Below are positions 51,944 through 64,000 of a stretch of DNA of 64,000 nucleotides, in pieces. Each line of letters opens with the position of its first letter. The stretch's first letter is position 1. The notes below the pieces were generated by a model, which saw only the letters and a program-made list of their open reading frames with translations, did no database searches and was not told the origin of the DNA. Both the position numbers and the translations under genes were made by a program. The stretch is from positions 8,060,001 through 8,124,000 of the forward strand of contig JBHGNT010000016.1 in assembly GCA_043228905.1 (NCBI GenBank), written 5' to 3'. Source of the stretch: Azolla caroliniana. Taxonomy: Eukaryota > Plantae > Polypodiophyta.

Positions 51944-53973
51944 GTACTGCATACAATGATTTTAGCATGTAACTAGAATGAGAATATCTAAAGGAATTTG
52001 GACGTCAATAACCTATACAAACATTAAAGCTTGTCGCAATCTTATACATATGATTTAGATACCATATGCATTGAGACACTGTGTATGTATATACGTATGT
52101 GATGTATTATTCACCTACTTCCTTAGAAATGAAATGCACATGTTCATAGGCTCACCAAGTCATGGAATCAAATATATTGTGTTATTTTCCGTATGAGATA
52201 ACAATGGAGGATAGGTAGTGGAAATATTTTGATTGAGTAACTTATACCAATCACACTATTGATTGGTTCACACAAAGATGTTGTTTTGTTACTTGCAAAA
52301 AACATGTAGAGATATTGGTTGGCTCAATTGAAAATCACATATGCCACGACTGAGTTTCGTAAGGAATCTCAACTTGCTATTGAAATGAGGCCCATTATGC
52401 TCTAATAAAATAGAGAAATTATGCTTTAAACTTTGAAACCAACCAACAATCCACCTTGGTTGGCTTGCAAAATAAAAGCAAACAATTAAGCTCTATCCTT
52501 CAAGTTTGTATTGAAATGAAGAAATCATGAGAACGACATATTCAAAAACATTGTCACATAATAAATGATAAACTTGAACAAATATTATGACTTGTAAGAG
52601 GTGTCAAACTTGAATATGAATGAATTCCTTGCGCTTATGCATTTTATTCACCCCTGCTAGTGTTATGACTATATAATCCACATAATGAAATCAAATTAAA
52701 ATCTCTTTTTAATAATTTACTTTCTCTCACCACAACACACATTGTTACTTTATGACAAATTGTGATAGTTTCCACTGCTTTCCAAATTCATGCTCCATTT
52801 TAGCGATGAATCACTAATCTTTTGCATTTAAGATAATGTAAGAAAGAGTTAGTGATATGGCATGTGTATTAGGAATCCATATGTAGTATACTATTGAAAA
52901 GAGATACTGATATGCAATTTTTTTGTTATACCCACATGGCCCTAATGTCAATTGTACATCAAACACACTTTCTACACTTAGTTTTGTGGATTCATACGGA
53001 TTGTCACAATGTAAGCATGGAGTGAGTTGATGGTTTCTAATTGACCTCTTGCTTGTTTCGTCTTCAATCCTCTTTGTCACATCTTTTACATGACATAACG
53101 CTCCTATTCTATGTTTACAATGATCTCATAACACATGTTGTTGCCCCTACCGAAGACTTAAACAAATTATGGAGTTAATATAGTTTTGGTTTAGGACTTT
53201 TGGGGATTGTAGGATGTATGTGTACATGGATTTCTCAACTTCGATGTAAATAAGAATCTTTGAAGTGGAAAATGCAGTGCACGTCAAAAATAAATGTTGA
53301 CATCACTTAAAAAGACACTTCCTTACTTTCAGATGTTGTATGTAGAGCATAGCTACTAGATTCATCCATATGCTTGCTTTTCAAAAGTTTAGTTAACAAT
53401 AATTTCAAAAACATGTGCTAGGATTATGATCCATTTTGAGAAATAGATAGCCATTTCATTGCAAGAAGGACAACTTAGAAATCAGAGAATACAGAGAAGT
53501 TTTATAATTTCCAAAGCTACAAGATCAAGAAACATCACCACCTCTTATACATACTTTGTTAAAATTCACGGTTTAGAACCTAAATCTATAGAACGTGGCA
53601 CATCATTTCATGCAATGTCATGTATCAAGATGGGAAATTATATTGGGCAACAAAAAATGAATGGAACTAAAATGGTATAAATTCTTGTTTCATAGAGGAG
53701 ATACTAGAAGTGCAAAAACTAAATTAGATTGTGAGCATTCGTGCAAAATGTGCTATTCCATGGATCATGACATGATAATAAATAATGTCCATTGTTGAAT
53801 CATATAATCTATTGTACCTATTTTTACCAATATGAAATTTATGTTGACACTTGTAAAATGCATATTAACTTAGTGAATTGTTATGGCATCATCAATAGGA
53901 AACTTAGGGACATTTGGGGGGGAAACAAAGAAAAATTGGAGGGTATTTCAAGAGTTTCCCCTTATTATTATAG

Positions 53974-56900
53974 TGTGGCGGTCACATGGACCACACCCAA
54001 ATTAGGCCACCCAAATTAGGCCCCTACCAAGCCCCATAATTAGAAGAGCTAATTGGAGCGGGAGAACACCCTCCACGCTAAGAGTAGTCTATAAAATGTA
54101 ACTTAGAACGTAATGGAAAAGGAGTTATTCTTGAGAGCATTTCACATCTTGGTGGAGAAGACGGGCAAAGCAACCCCAAATCACGACCCCAACAACACAC
54201 GCCACGATGCAACACGACAACAACGGCGGCAACGCCAACTCAATGAATCCGGAATTCCTCCAACAACAAATTCAAGACCATCAGCCCACATCACCAATCG
54301 ACCAACTGGTTCAAGCCCTATCCAACATTATTTTACAAGTCAACCATACTAACCAAGCCATGTTGTCATTTCTTTTAGCAAGATCCGAGCCACAACAAAA
54401 TCTCCCGGACCCTCGAGTTCGCCCAAAACCATTCTCCGGCCTACCATCAGAAGGCATCCTCTCTTGGCTGGATCATTTCGAAATGGTGGCCAGTTACCAC
54501 TAGTGGCCACACCCCCGGAAGGCAATGGAAATGAAGACACTCCTCGAGAATATCGCAACAACATGGCTCGTACAACAACCTGAATAGACACGCAACGACT
54601 GGGATCTGTTACGGGCAGCCATGATTCGGAATTTTGCTCATCAAGACTCCCGCCAGACGGCCCTACAACAACTCGAGTCAATTGCCCAACAACCACGCGA
54701 ACCCATCACCCAGTTCGTGGTTCGGTTTGCGTAGATCCTACGCCGGGCTGACGCCAACATGTTGGAAGACATGACATTGTTTTTCTTCTGGCCGTGTATC
54801 CAACATGACCCCCGCCGTCGTGTACGCGATCAAGGCTCGACGACACTACACAAAGCCATCCTCACCGCCCAACGCATCGAAGCTGCAGACGCGCACGACA
54901 TGCACACACCAGGTAATCTCAATCACAATCATACAAACACTATGCCAGCCGCCACTCCCATGGACATCGACGTCCAAAATGCGCAATTACGTGCCAAGCG
55001 TGCATTGCTCGAACGAGATAGCCAGGGACGCCCCAAATGTTTCTACTGCAAGAACTATGGCCACATTCGGCGTCACTACTGAAAGTGGCAAAATCACCAA
55101 CATAAGCAGAACGTCCAATTAGCCGACGTTGCCTCCCTCTCTGAGCTCCCGGAAAACTAATACGCGGGGTGCCGCAGGGAGAGCTGCCCCCACACGTCCA
55201 CGCCTCCACGTCATCAACTTCTCTAGTTTCTCCCACGATCGAGCTGCCCCCGCACGTCCACAACTCCACGTCATCAACTTCTCCCGTTTATACCACGATC
55301 GAGCCGACCCCGCACGTCCACGCCTCCATGTCATCAACTTCGCCTGTTTGTACCACAATCGCCCGCCTCCAACACGACCCAAGAAGTTTTCCTCGACTCT
55401 GGCAGCAACATCTCTTCCATCAACGCAGATTTAGTCACCCAATTACAACTTCCCACAAGCCATGCACCGCCCATTAAAATCCTCTTCGGCGACCAACAAC
55501 GGGTGTACCACTCACATACGCAAGTCATGTGCATGCTCACCATCAGTTCCGCCCAAATCCAACATCGTTTCTACGTCCTCCTGCGCCAGTTGTTCCCAAT
55601 CACCTTGGGCTGTGATTGGTTCCTCCATAGTCGAGCCTGTCTCGATTTCTCCTCACAACAGCTTATCCTCCCCAATCACCTTCCGATCGCGCTCGTCACT
55701 ACTCCACGAGATACCACCCACATCAGCAACACACAGTACTTGGTATCACCGACAGAGTGCATCCACGACGTCCGACGGCTCCTAACCACCTTTCCCTCGC
55801 TGTCTACACCACCTGCAAAACCTCCCTCGGTCCATTTTCCAATCCACCACACGATTCCTACAGGCAACGCCCGCCCCATCCACGCAGCTCCTCGACGTTG
55901 CTCGCCTCTCGACCACGAGCGCATCGACAACGCCGTCAAAACTATGCTACAACAAGGGATTATCACACCTTCCAAGAGCGAGTGGATCTCGGAGCCACAC
56001 ATGGTAAAGAAAGGGGATGGCTCTTACCATTTTTGTGTCGACTTCCGACAACTAAACCATGTCACCACCCATGAACGATATCCTCTCCCTCGTATCGACG
56101 ACCTCCTTGACTAGCTCGGAAAATCAAAGTACTTCACCTCCCTCGATCTGGCCTCGGGATATTGGCAGATCCCTATGAATCCTGAAGATGCCCACAAAAC
56201 TGCATTCCGCACTAGGAAAGGCATTTTTCAGTTCACACGGATGCCCTTCGGCCTATCCGATGCTGGGAGCACATTCCAGCGAATGGCTAACGCCATCTTC
56301 GATGATCTCATCACCCGCCACGTCGTCATCGTCTATCTAGACAATATTCTGATACATACAAGCACTTGGGTGGAACACCTTCAAGTCCTTCGGGAGGTCC
56401 TCACTTGTTGCAGCTGCAATGGAAGAAGTGTCGATGGGGTAGTACGCGCCTCCGCTTTCTCGGGTACGTCATCTCCTCCGACGGAGTACAAATGGACCCA
56501 AAGAAGACGGAAGCAGTCCAAAAATTCCCACGCCCCACCACAGTCAAGCAGTTTCAACGCTTCCTTGGCCTCCTCACGTTCTCTCTCCACTTCATCCCAC
56601 AGCTAGCCGACCTGTCAGCCCCACTACGCGCACTCCTGCAAAAAGACACACCCTTCCTATGGACCGAAGCCTGCGAATCCAGCTTCCTGCAGCTCAAGCG
56701 AACACTCCAAGCCTCTAACCTCCTCTCCCACCTTGATTTCACGAAGCCTTTCCATTTGCAAATGGATGCCTCCAATTTCGGCCTTGGTGCGGTCCTGCTC
56801 CAATCCGATGACAACGACCAACTACGCTCGATTGCCTACATAAGTCGATCACTTACCAAAGCTGAACAAAATTACTCGACAACCGAAAAAGAGTTGCTCG

Positions 56901-58692
56901 CCATCGTCTGGGCATTCCATCGTTTCCACCCATACCTACACGGATCAAATACATCAGTCGAAACCGACCATCAACCATTGCTCTCCCTCATAAAGAAGGC
57001 TCATCCATCCGGTTGCTTACTCCGTTGGCCTTTGGCGCTGCAGGATTACACATTCATGTTGCGCTATCGCCGTGGTCCCCAAAACATCGTCGCCGATGGA
57101 TTATCCCGCATATCCTTTCATGCGAACCAGGTCGCCTCTCACACAATCAATTTCCCCATATCCTCGTCCCAAATAGCCAACATGCAACAACACGACAAAA
57201 AAATCCAAGACATCTGTCACCGCCTACGAGCCGAGCCCACATCATCCCTCACCACGCAATTCATGATCCAGGATAATGTCCCGCTTTTTTGCCAAGTAGG
57301 CAAAGAACCCCGAGTCTATGTGCTTGAGCAACTGCGCCTGTCTTACCTTCGTTTCTTCCACGATCACCCGTTGTCCGGCCACTTGGGTTTTCATAAGGCG
57401 CTAGACAAAATCCGTTGCAAATTCTATTGGCCAGGGCTACGCCATGAGGTCACCTCCTACATCAAAGCATGCAACTTATGTCAGGCCATCAAATCACCTC
57501 AAGTGGCTCAAGGCCTCTTACATCCGATACAAGTTCAAGCTCCATTTGAAATTGTCGGATGGGACAATATGGACCCCTTTCCCGAGTCACAAGAAGGGAA
57601 CAAATTCATCCTCGTCATAACCGAGTACTTGATGCGTTGGGCTGAGATGGCCGCTATCCTAGATGCCAAGGCTATGACCATTGCCTCCAAACTATTGGAG
57701 AAAGTCATCTTCCCCCATGGGTGCCCACTCCAAATCTTGTTCGATCGAGGACCCCAGTTCAACAACGAGCTCCTACGCCTAGTTTCTACACAATTAGGAA
57801 TCCAACAATTATTCACGTCACCCTACCATCCACAGACGAATGGATTGATGGAGCGCCTCAATCGAACCTTAAAACAACAAATCTCGGCCTACATCGATCC
57901 GCTGCACTCGACTTGGGACCGGATCTTGCCCTTCGTTACGCATGCCTACAACACAACTGTGCAAGCCTCCACCCGCATTAGCCCAATTCGGGCCCTTTAC
58001 GGAAGGGACCCGCGCTTACCCCTAGAAGTGGCAGTCCCGCAACTAATCACACGACTCCACTCTAACGCAGTGTCCTGGTGGTCCCACCTGCAACAACTCT
58101 AGCCCCTCCTCCGCAAAGCCATCATGAGCAACTTACACCAAGCACAACTACGCCAAAAACAACAACATGATGCAGGCCGCGCCAACCATCAATACCACGT
58201 CGGCGACAAAGTCCTCGTCTATTTCCCCATCCGTCGTCGCGGCCTCAGCGAGTCGCTCATGCATCGATGGAACGGTCCCTTCAAAGTTCAAAAGCAAATA
58301 CGCAACACTACATATCTGCTCTGCCGCACCTCCAACAACCGCTCTACCTTTGCCCACCAGTCTCGCATGAAGCCCTTCCATCAACTACCATTGTCCCCGC
58401 CCATGCTCATGCCCACGCCCACGCCCACGCCCACGCCCGTGTCATCCCCCCACCTAGAACCGTCGTCCACGCCCCGTCACGATTCGACCGCACAATAACT
58501 CTTTTTTACAAGGGGGAACTGTGGCGGTCACATGGACGACACCCAAATTAGGCCACCCAAATTAGGCCCCTACCAAGCCCCATAATTAGAAGAGCTAATT
58601 GGAGCGGGAGAACACCCTCCACGCTAAGAGTAGTCTATAAAATGTAACTTAGAACGTAATGGAAAAGGAGTTATTCTTGAGAGCATTTCACA
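53974..58692 (+). mobile_element. Complete non-chromovirus Ty3/Gypsy element with 173-bp LTRs (internally disrupted)
   Basis: LTRs 53974-54146 and 58520-58692 (1 mismatch); 4-bp TSD ATAG; PBS TGGTGGAGAAGACGGGC; PPT AAGGGGGAAC. Gag CFYCKNYGH, protease FLDSGSN, RT FCVDFRQLN, RNase H NYSTTEKELLAI, integrase YHPQTNG. No chromodomain. Confidence 0.95.
55180..55365. repeat. 60-bp tandem repeat (~3 copies) between gag and protease
   Basis: GAGCTGCCCC..CACGTCCAC..CTCCACGTCATCAACTTC recurs at 60-nt intervals. Confidence 0.85.
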
Positions 58693-60274
58693 ATAGATCA
58701 CATACCATGACAATTAATTTATATATTGGTTTTTTGTAAATAAAAAATAAAAAATTTATATATTGGTTGATGTTCGTAAAAATTCCATGAATTTAATGTT
58801 TCTTATCATTTGGAAACAAATTTTACAACATTTTTCTATATCACTCATGTGTTTGTGCACACATGAAAGTAAAATGACCAACAAGAATGCACACCCCTTT
58901 TGTCCCCATAGATTCTATTAGTTATTTGCTTCCAACATTCTCCTAAAGTTTTGTTTCTACACTTTTTTACGTTATTTGTACCGGCGATTGGTTTATAGAT
59001 GAGTGCTATCAAAGTAGTCGGTCTCGCTTTGAATTTGTAGCTCTTTATCTTGGCCATTGTAGCACGTGTCGCAATTAGGCATCCAACAACGAGAGAGTGG
59101 TATTTCGCTCGGTTACATAGTTATACTACATATGATAATCCTCTTATGGACGATCCTTCTATTGATATAGAGCATTTTGGATTGAAAGACATACAAGGGT
59201 GGGCACTACTAACAGAGGAAAAACAAGGTCTTACCATGAATTAAACATTACTAGGCAAAAGAGGGAGGTCTTACCCCCAATTAAAACTCAAAAGCAGTAA
59301 CTACTCTCTACTAAATGCCATATATGTACATACTCTTTACTAGGCTACAAAAATGTGGTAACAAGGATGATGTTGTTTCTAGCTTATGGGCTATTTCAAC
59401 AAACGAGCTATTATAATATTCACCATTGATTTCCCAATCTAGGAAAATTATGTTCAGTGGTATAAACTAACAATATCATTGTTCTTCAATATTTCACCTA
59501 CAAGTGAGACACCTAGATGCTTGGTATATGTGTTGTGGAAGAATGGACATAGGCTAATGTAATCATGTGGTTGTGCATTTACATCATCCTAGGGAGTTTG
59601 CATGATGGAACTTGTGGTATGTCTAGAGGGGGTAGGTACACCATGTAAGATAGAGGTTTAACATTGCTACATGAATGAAGAGAAGGAGACATGCTTACAC
59701 CATGAAGGACAATAAAGAAAAAATCTCACATCGACTTCAATAGGGATTGTCTACCCAAGTAATGGACTTATGATATATCCCTTTCCAAATTGGCACATTG
59801 ATTTTATAGCTATGTGTATGATTGTAAAATCACTCACAAGAAAATTCTCCATTAAGATTAATAATATCAAACCCTTTTCACGACAAAAATACTTCGCATA
59901 TATAGTAGTGGCTAACTCAAGTAACATGCTCAATGTCGTGCATCTTGACAATGCATGAACTCCATTAGAATGTAAGAGCTCAAATCCAAACTTAAATCTT
60001 TGCATTGACTTAAGCCTTATTATTTCCTTTTGTGCATAGAAAACACTCATTCTACAAAATGGTGCTTGTGTAGGAGGAATGTGATTATTGGTGTTGAAAT
60101 ATTTGCTACCCTTTAAGTTACAAATTGAGTAGGGATATAACTTGAACATGCATGTTTATGTACTACAACATGAATACCATACTATAGTAAGTGCTTATTG
60201 CCTAAGAGAGTTAAAGAAGAGGTGGCATTTAGTGCATTTCTCCTAATGAGTCAAAACCTTTTTGTCACAACATT

Positions 60275-60276
<2 letters not shown>

Positions 60277-60338
<62 letters not shown>

Positions 60339-61196
60339 ATAATCATCTTCGGAGATCAAATATGACCTATGAGACCAAAAATATTACATTTCATATAATG
60401 CATGTGAAAGTGAGTAGAGACTCTTGATGTTCAAGAACTTTGCCAATGAATGTTGCAACCAAGAGTGTACATTGTGATTGTGAGAGAAATTCATGCAAGG
60501 ATTGGGTTTTGTCAAAGATGTGTGGAAACATGATCGAATATGATCAAAGGAAAAACATTGTATCAAAGTGTGATATTTTAGACTCCCGAACTTGCAAAGT
60601 GTGCACAATCGACTACTCTCATCAATTGCCATTGCCTTGTCTCACATCGTAGTGCATGTGAACTAAGTTATATGGAAGGAATAGTTCGGATGACAAACAA
60701 AAAGATGGGCTCTCACATCATAGTGCATGTAAGCTAAGTTTTATGGAAGCAATAGTTCGAACGATAGACAATAGGATGGGTTCTATCATGTATCGATGTT
60801 TGTGGTTTCCCTGCTCGGTGAAGAATATGTTTTTATAGTTATGTGCAACATATGTAGTATAATTTGTGACACGTGAACCTTCGTATTCTTCCCATGTCAT
60901 GATACATTGACATTGCAAAAAGACCTCTTTTACAGAGGAATCTAGTGATGCTTCATGAAGCAAGGGTGTTGCATCCCATGTTCAAAACCATTTTTTTTAG
61001 GTTGCATGCAACCAAACAACAAAATTTTGATTTTATGTATCTTTTGGATCTTTTTTGTTGCTTCCCATGAAATTCTAGGAAGTCGATGTGAGGTACTTTT
61101 TTGAACTTCAAGCATGTATTCAACAACCCTTTCCATGGTCATGATCTCAAAGGGAAGTGATCCTGTCTCAAGAAGTATGAGGGAGTATGACATTTA
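60277..61196 (-). pseudogene. Decayed 3' end of an RTEX-like LINE terminating in (CT)n
   Basis: Minus-strand remnants ILLETGSLP..RLPRISW and RLCTLCK..YHTLIQC; the (GA)n tract at 60277-60333 lies at its 3' end. Confidence 0.7.
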
Positions 61197-61522
61197 ACAC
61201 CGGGTCATTTGAAACAGGTAATATGTCGCATTATGAGAAAACTACGTCGAAAAAGGGCACAAAAGCACGCAGTTTCCAAAAAGACACGATGCATGCGTAA
61301 AGCTTTTCAGAAAAGGTGGCAAAATATATTGAATTTCAACATGACTACCACTTTGAGGCATAAGTAAAATGCCTCCAAAAATACATCACCAAAATTACAA
61401 AATAATGTACAACATGTCTACCAGTTACAATTATACATATTCGTGAGTTTACATCCAAAACAAATTTACAAAGTTTCCGATCATGTAGTAAAACAATCCC
61501 CAGCTTGAACCAAACCAATATA

Positions 61523-64000
61523 TTAAGACATGTCTGATGGACTAGAAGAGCATTCTGACGTCTCATCCTCATCATCAGTGGCAATCAAAGCATTATCCTC
61601 ATCCAATTCCAACCCAACATCTTTGTGGTTATGAGAATTGCTTCTGGTTATTCTCTGTATTTCGTTTGACACCATGTTTGGGATTTTCTCCTTTATTATC
61701 TTGATAGTTGCTTGTCTTAGATGACCTGATTTTGTCAATGAGAAGTCATATACTAGTATGTCAACACGGTCTAGTGCGAGAGTAGCCGTGCTCGGTATAT
61801 TCTTTCTTCTTCTCTTTCTGCTTGAACATCCGACATCCTTAACCATCTCTAAAGAATACTTTCCTGTAAATGCATCAGGTGAATTTGTTTGATACCAGTG
61901 GACTACTATTGACTTTGTCTCACTACTTTCTTCATCCCTTACTAATTCAATAATTTTTGCAATCCAAAATGGATGGCCCAAGGTATCGTCCCCTGCTAAT
62001 GTTGCAACCAACATTCCCACTTGTAGTTCTTGCAAATTACCTTGCCATCTTGCCTCAACAGTACGTGACTTTCTTGGTCCCACATAAATATCTCTTTGCA
62101 GTGGCCGAACTAAATCATGAAGCTCCATATTATTCGATTGTCGGTGATGAGTCTGCGATATCGTTGATGTCATCCCAATGTTCCATGTGAATGGGATACG
62201 GATTGGCCATAAACCGGCGATGTAATTATCTAAAATGGTGCGTTGATGGGTGAAGAAAATCTCCCACCATTCAACATCCTCATCACCGGCAAACTTCTTA
62301 GTCCGATCAATATTATTTTGTTTCTCTGCTAGACATCTCAACCAATATGCCCTTTGTTCATCAATAGTACTATTTGGTGCTACATTTTTATGATCATCAT
62401 ATGGCATTTGTTGTGCACCATGTAGAGGTTCATCTGGGATATGAAGAAGGAGCCTACAACCTTCTTGGGGCTCCCATTGTGCACTAGATGAGTATTGTTT
62501 CGCAAACAACACCGTCATCTTCAGGTGGGCCGATCTTTGTTTTATGAGGAAGACATGGTTGAAACTTATATTATTAAGAGGTGCAAGCACCCTACCTTTA
62601 GTCCCGTCACTATCCATGCAGAAACGTTTAAAGTCGTATACTTCTTCCAAGTGTTGTACTTCAGGCTTTGGTGTATATGCTTCACTAATCAATTTGGATA
62701 GCGTGGGAAGTGTGAAAGCATTACAGCGAGCAAGCTTCTTTGAGAACCTACTGAACATTTGATCTATGTGATCATGGGTATGACCAACCAACAAGAAGTT
62801 AACCTTTATCTTTTTAAATATGCCCCTCTCTACTAGCATGCTTAGATAGCCGAAGACAGTTGAGTTCTTATTCTCTCTTGCTGTGTTGTCTAGTTGCAGA
62901 TATAGAACTGGTGGGAGTATACCTGACCATGATTGCAATACCCAGTGCATGACAGTGACAGTAAGATTAGGGTCGTTGTGGATATTGGGATAAGTTAAGA
63001 ACACTTGCGGTCTTATAGTTTGACAATATGTCAAACAACCCACTAGATGCATTTGCACGAGACACTCATCTCCAATATCCTTGGGGAGTCTTTGAAAATG
63101 CGGCAAACAAGTTTTCTTTTGATCCATGCCGTCAATAATCATGCACATATACTTTTCGGGAGATTGAAACTCTTTTTGTCGGTGATGCATAGCCTTAGTA
63201 CGTTCCAATGCCTGACTTTCACGATGTTCTTTTAACAAGTTCTTGTAATTCTTGATCTCTACATTTGATTTTCCACCCTTGGCCATACTTTTTAAACTCG
63301 CACATATTGAGCAGACTCCCATTCGCACCTTTCGTGGGATAACCACGTTATTAAATTGTAACCTCCATAGTCGATTAAAATGCCTGTACTGTATGTAAGG
63401 CTCAACATCGGAAGACATGTCGTCCTTGTACGATTGGTAAACTTCCCTTCGAGTAAAGTTATCTGACAAATGAAGTCTTCCTGTCGTTGGCATAACTTCG
63501 CACTGTTTTGAAAAATATACCTCCATCCACCTAATTGCCTGTTGCCCAATTTGACCCTTACATCCAGAACCATTTTGATCGAACTGTACCCAGGAGCCCT
63601 TCAGAAGTCGCTCTTGAACTCGTTGCAGCCGCATATTTCCAATGCTATGAGTGATTTTAAAAGCTGCTCGACAACACTTGGTATTTAGTCCAAGGAAATA
63701 TTCAACTTGCGTTGAATTAGGCCCTGCTTTGTGATCCAATTTAAGTTGCATATGCGAAAGAAGAAATGTATCTTGCTCTTCCCCATTAAGAGACAAGTAT
63801 TTTTGTTGTGTTTCACGTAACCTTGACTTTCCATAAGTTGATAGACAGAGATTTGCACAACACGATTTGTTCAAGTCGCATAGAAGTTGACGATCAGAAC
63901 ATAAGAAATTAAATCTCTTTTCACTAACTTGTCGAGGAACTCTTTTAAATGCTAGAGGTTTAGTAATGCTATTGTTATCTATCGACGAAGAATCGTCCGC
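61523..64000 (-). CDS. Sola-like DDD transposase (DUF7869-type), uninterrupted, N-terminus beyond the window
   Basis: Frame has no stop from 64000 to 61523 (>=825 codons). Motifs CSIC zinc site, IIDGMDQKK, LQLDNTARENKN, LVGHTHDHIDQMFS; C-terminal FWIAKI..VHWY module and acidic tail. Family assignment is from motif recall only. Confidence 0.75.
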   Translation of the reverse strand, partial: ADDSSSIDNNSITKPLAFKRVPRQVSEKRFNFLCSDRQLLCDLNKSCCANLCLSTYGKSRLRETQQKYLSLNGEEQDTFLLSHMQLKLDHKAGPNSTQVEYFLGLNTKCCRAAFKITHSIGNMRLQRVQERLLKGSWVQFDQNGSGCKGQIGQQAIRWMEVYFSKQCEVMPTTGRLHLSDNFTRREVYQSYKDDMSSDVEPYIQYRHFNRLWRLQFNNVVIPRKVRMGVCSICASLKSMAKGGKSNVEIKNYKNLLKEHRESQALERTKAMHHRQKEFQSPEKYMCMIIDGMDQKKTCLPHFQRLPKDIGDECLVQMHLVGCLTYCQTIRPQVFLTYPNIHNDPNLTVTVMHWVLQSWSGILPPVLYLQLDNTARENKNSTVFGYLSMLVERGIFKKIKVNFLLVGHTHDHIDQMFSRFSKKLARCNAFTLPTLSKLISEAYTPKPEVQHLEEVYDFKRFCMDSDGTKGRVLAPLNNISFNHVFLIKQRSAHLKMTVLFAKQYSSSAQWEPQEGCRLLLHIPDEPLHGAQQMPYDDHKNVAPNSTIDEQRAYWLRCLAEKQNNIDRTKKFAGDEDVEWWEIFFTHQRTILDNYIAGLWPIRIPFTWNIGMTSTISQTHHRQSNNMELHDLVRPLQRDIYVGPRKSRTVEARWQGNLQELQVGMLVATLAGDDTLGHPFWIAKIIELVRDEESSETKSIVVHWYQTNSPDAFTGKYSLEMVKDVGCSSRKRRRKNIPSTATLALDRVDILVYDFSLTKSGHLRQATIKIIKEKIPNMVSNEIQRITRSNSHNHKDVGLELDEDNALIATDDEDETSECSSSPSDMS

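Overview
This is repeat-dense eukaryotic nuclear DNA, most likely from a non-seed land plant (inferred from the TE families and gene structure). It contains one intact host gene, a 7-exon inositol polyphosphate 5-phosphatase on the minus strand (39743-43015). Almost everything else is transposable element sequence. 1-17 kb holds fragments of Ty3/Gypsy and Ty1/Copia elements and a TSD-flanked solo LTR. 17065-38019 is a ~21-kb chromovirus-type Gypsy with two TSD-flanked Copia elements, a solo LTR and a near-complete RTEX-like LINE nested inside it. The right part holds a truncated L1, a short-LTR Gypsy with a 4-bp TSD and tRNA-Ala-like PBS, decayed RTEX fragments, and an uninterrupted Sola-like (DDD) transposase ORF running off the right edge. 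The most notable pattern is tRNA-like Pol III A/B-box cassettes recurring at the outer (U3) ends of several different LTRs. Also notable are an in-frame UGA-CGG ORF1/ORF2 junction in the LINE, an RT-less Copia with near-identical LTRs, and a split, partly inverted LTR. All calls were made by eye; no database searches were run.
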